A DNA stretch of 64,000 bases. Source: Pecten maximus. Taxonomy: Eukaryota. The translations under genes and the position numbers were made by a program. The notes beneath the pieces were generated by a model, which was not told the origin of the DNA, searched no databases, and was given only the letters and a program-made list of their open reading frames with translations. The stretch lies in contig NC_047026.1 of the NCBI RefSeq assembly GCF_902652985.1, positions 5,208,001 through 5,272,000 of the forward strand. The letters are read 5' to 3'. Shown in pieces: positions 63,822 to 64,000 of this stretch. The stretch's first letter is position 1. Each line of letters starts with the position of its first letter.

Positions 63822-64000
63822 TTTTAGCCCACCATCATCAGATGGTGGGCTATTCAAATCGCCCTGCGTCCGTGGTCCGTGGTCCGTCCGTCCCTCCGTC
63901 CGTCTGTCCCTCCGTCCGTCCCTCCGTCCGTAAACAATTCTTGTTATCGCTATTTCTGAGAAAGTACTGAAGGGATCTTTCTCAAATTTCATATGAAGGT
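63822..64000 (+). mobile_element. Third HINE copy, cut by the window edge
   Basis: Same left terminus, microsatellite and first unit. Confidence 0.78.

Overview
Eukaryotic, intron-containing, AT-rich genomic DNA. The repeat families and gene set suggest a marine invertebrate, probably a bivalve mollusc (inference). Seven host genes can be read by hand: CCDC186 (-, first coding exon only), BORCS7 (+, 5 exons), an intronless SLC2A8/GLUT8-like transporter (-), intronless ADO (-), SIL1 (-, 9 coding exons, ends KDEL), BBIP1 (-) and a BRCT-containing Pol mu/TdT-like X-family polymerase (+, 7 exons, continues past the window). The main mobile element is an intact 8.0-kb BEL/Pao LTR retrotransposon with apparently identical 851-bp LTRs and a 5-bp target-site duplication (TSD). 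The window also holds L1/Tx1 and CR1 relics, tRNA-derived SINEs, Helentron-type satellite carriers, IS3EU-like elements and many MITEs. Best candidate for an undescribed system: the BEL/Pao element has no tRNA-type primer-binding site (PBS). Removing a canonical GT-AG intron inside its own LTR would create a 13-nt sequence perfectly complementary to the PBS position, suggesting a splicing-assembled self-primer. Also notable are stacked 30-45-bp palindromes with 7-bp TSDs (probable P-type excision scars) upstream of SIL1, and two minisatellites that each multiply a 5' splice site of the Pol X gene. All alignments and gene models were made by eye, with no database searches.
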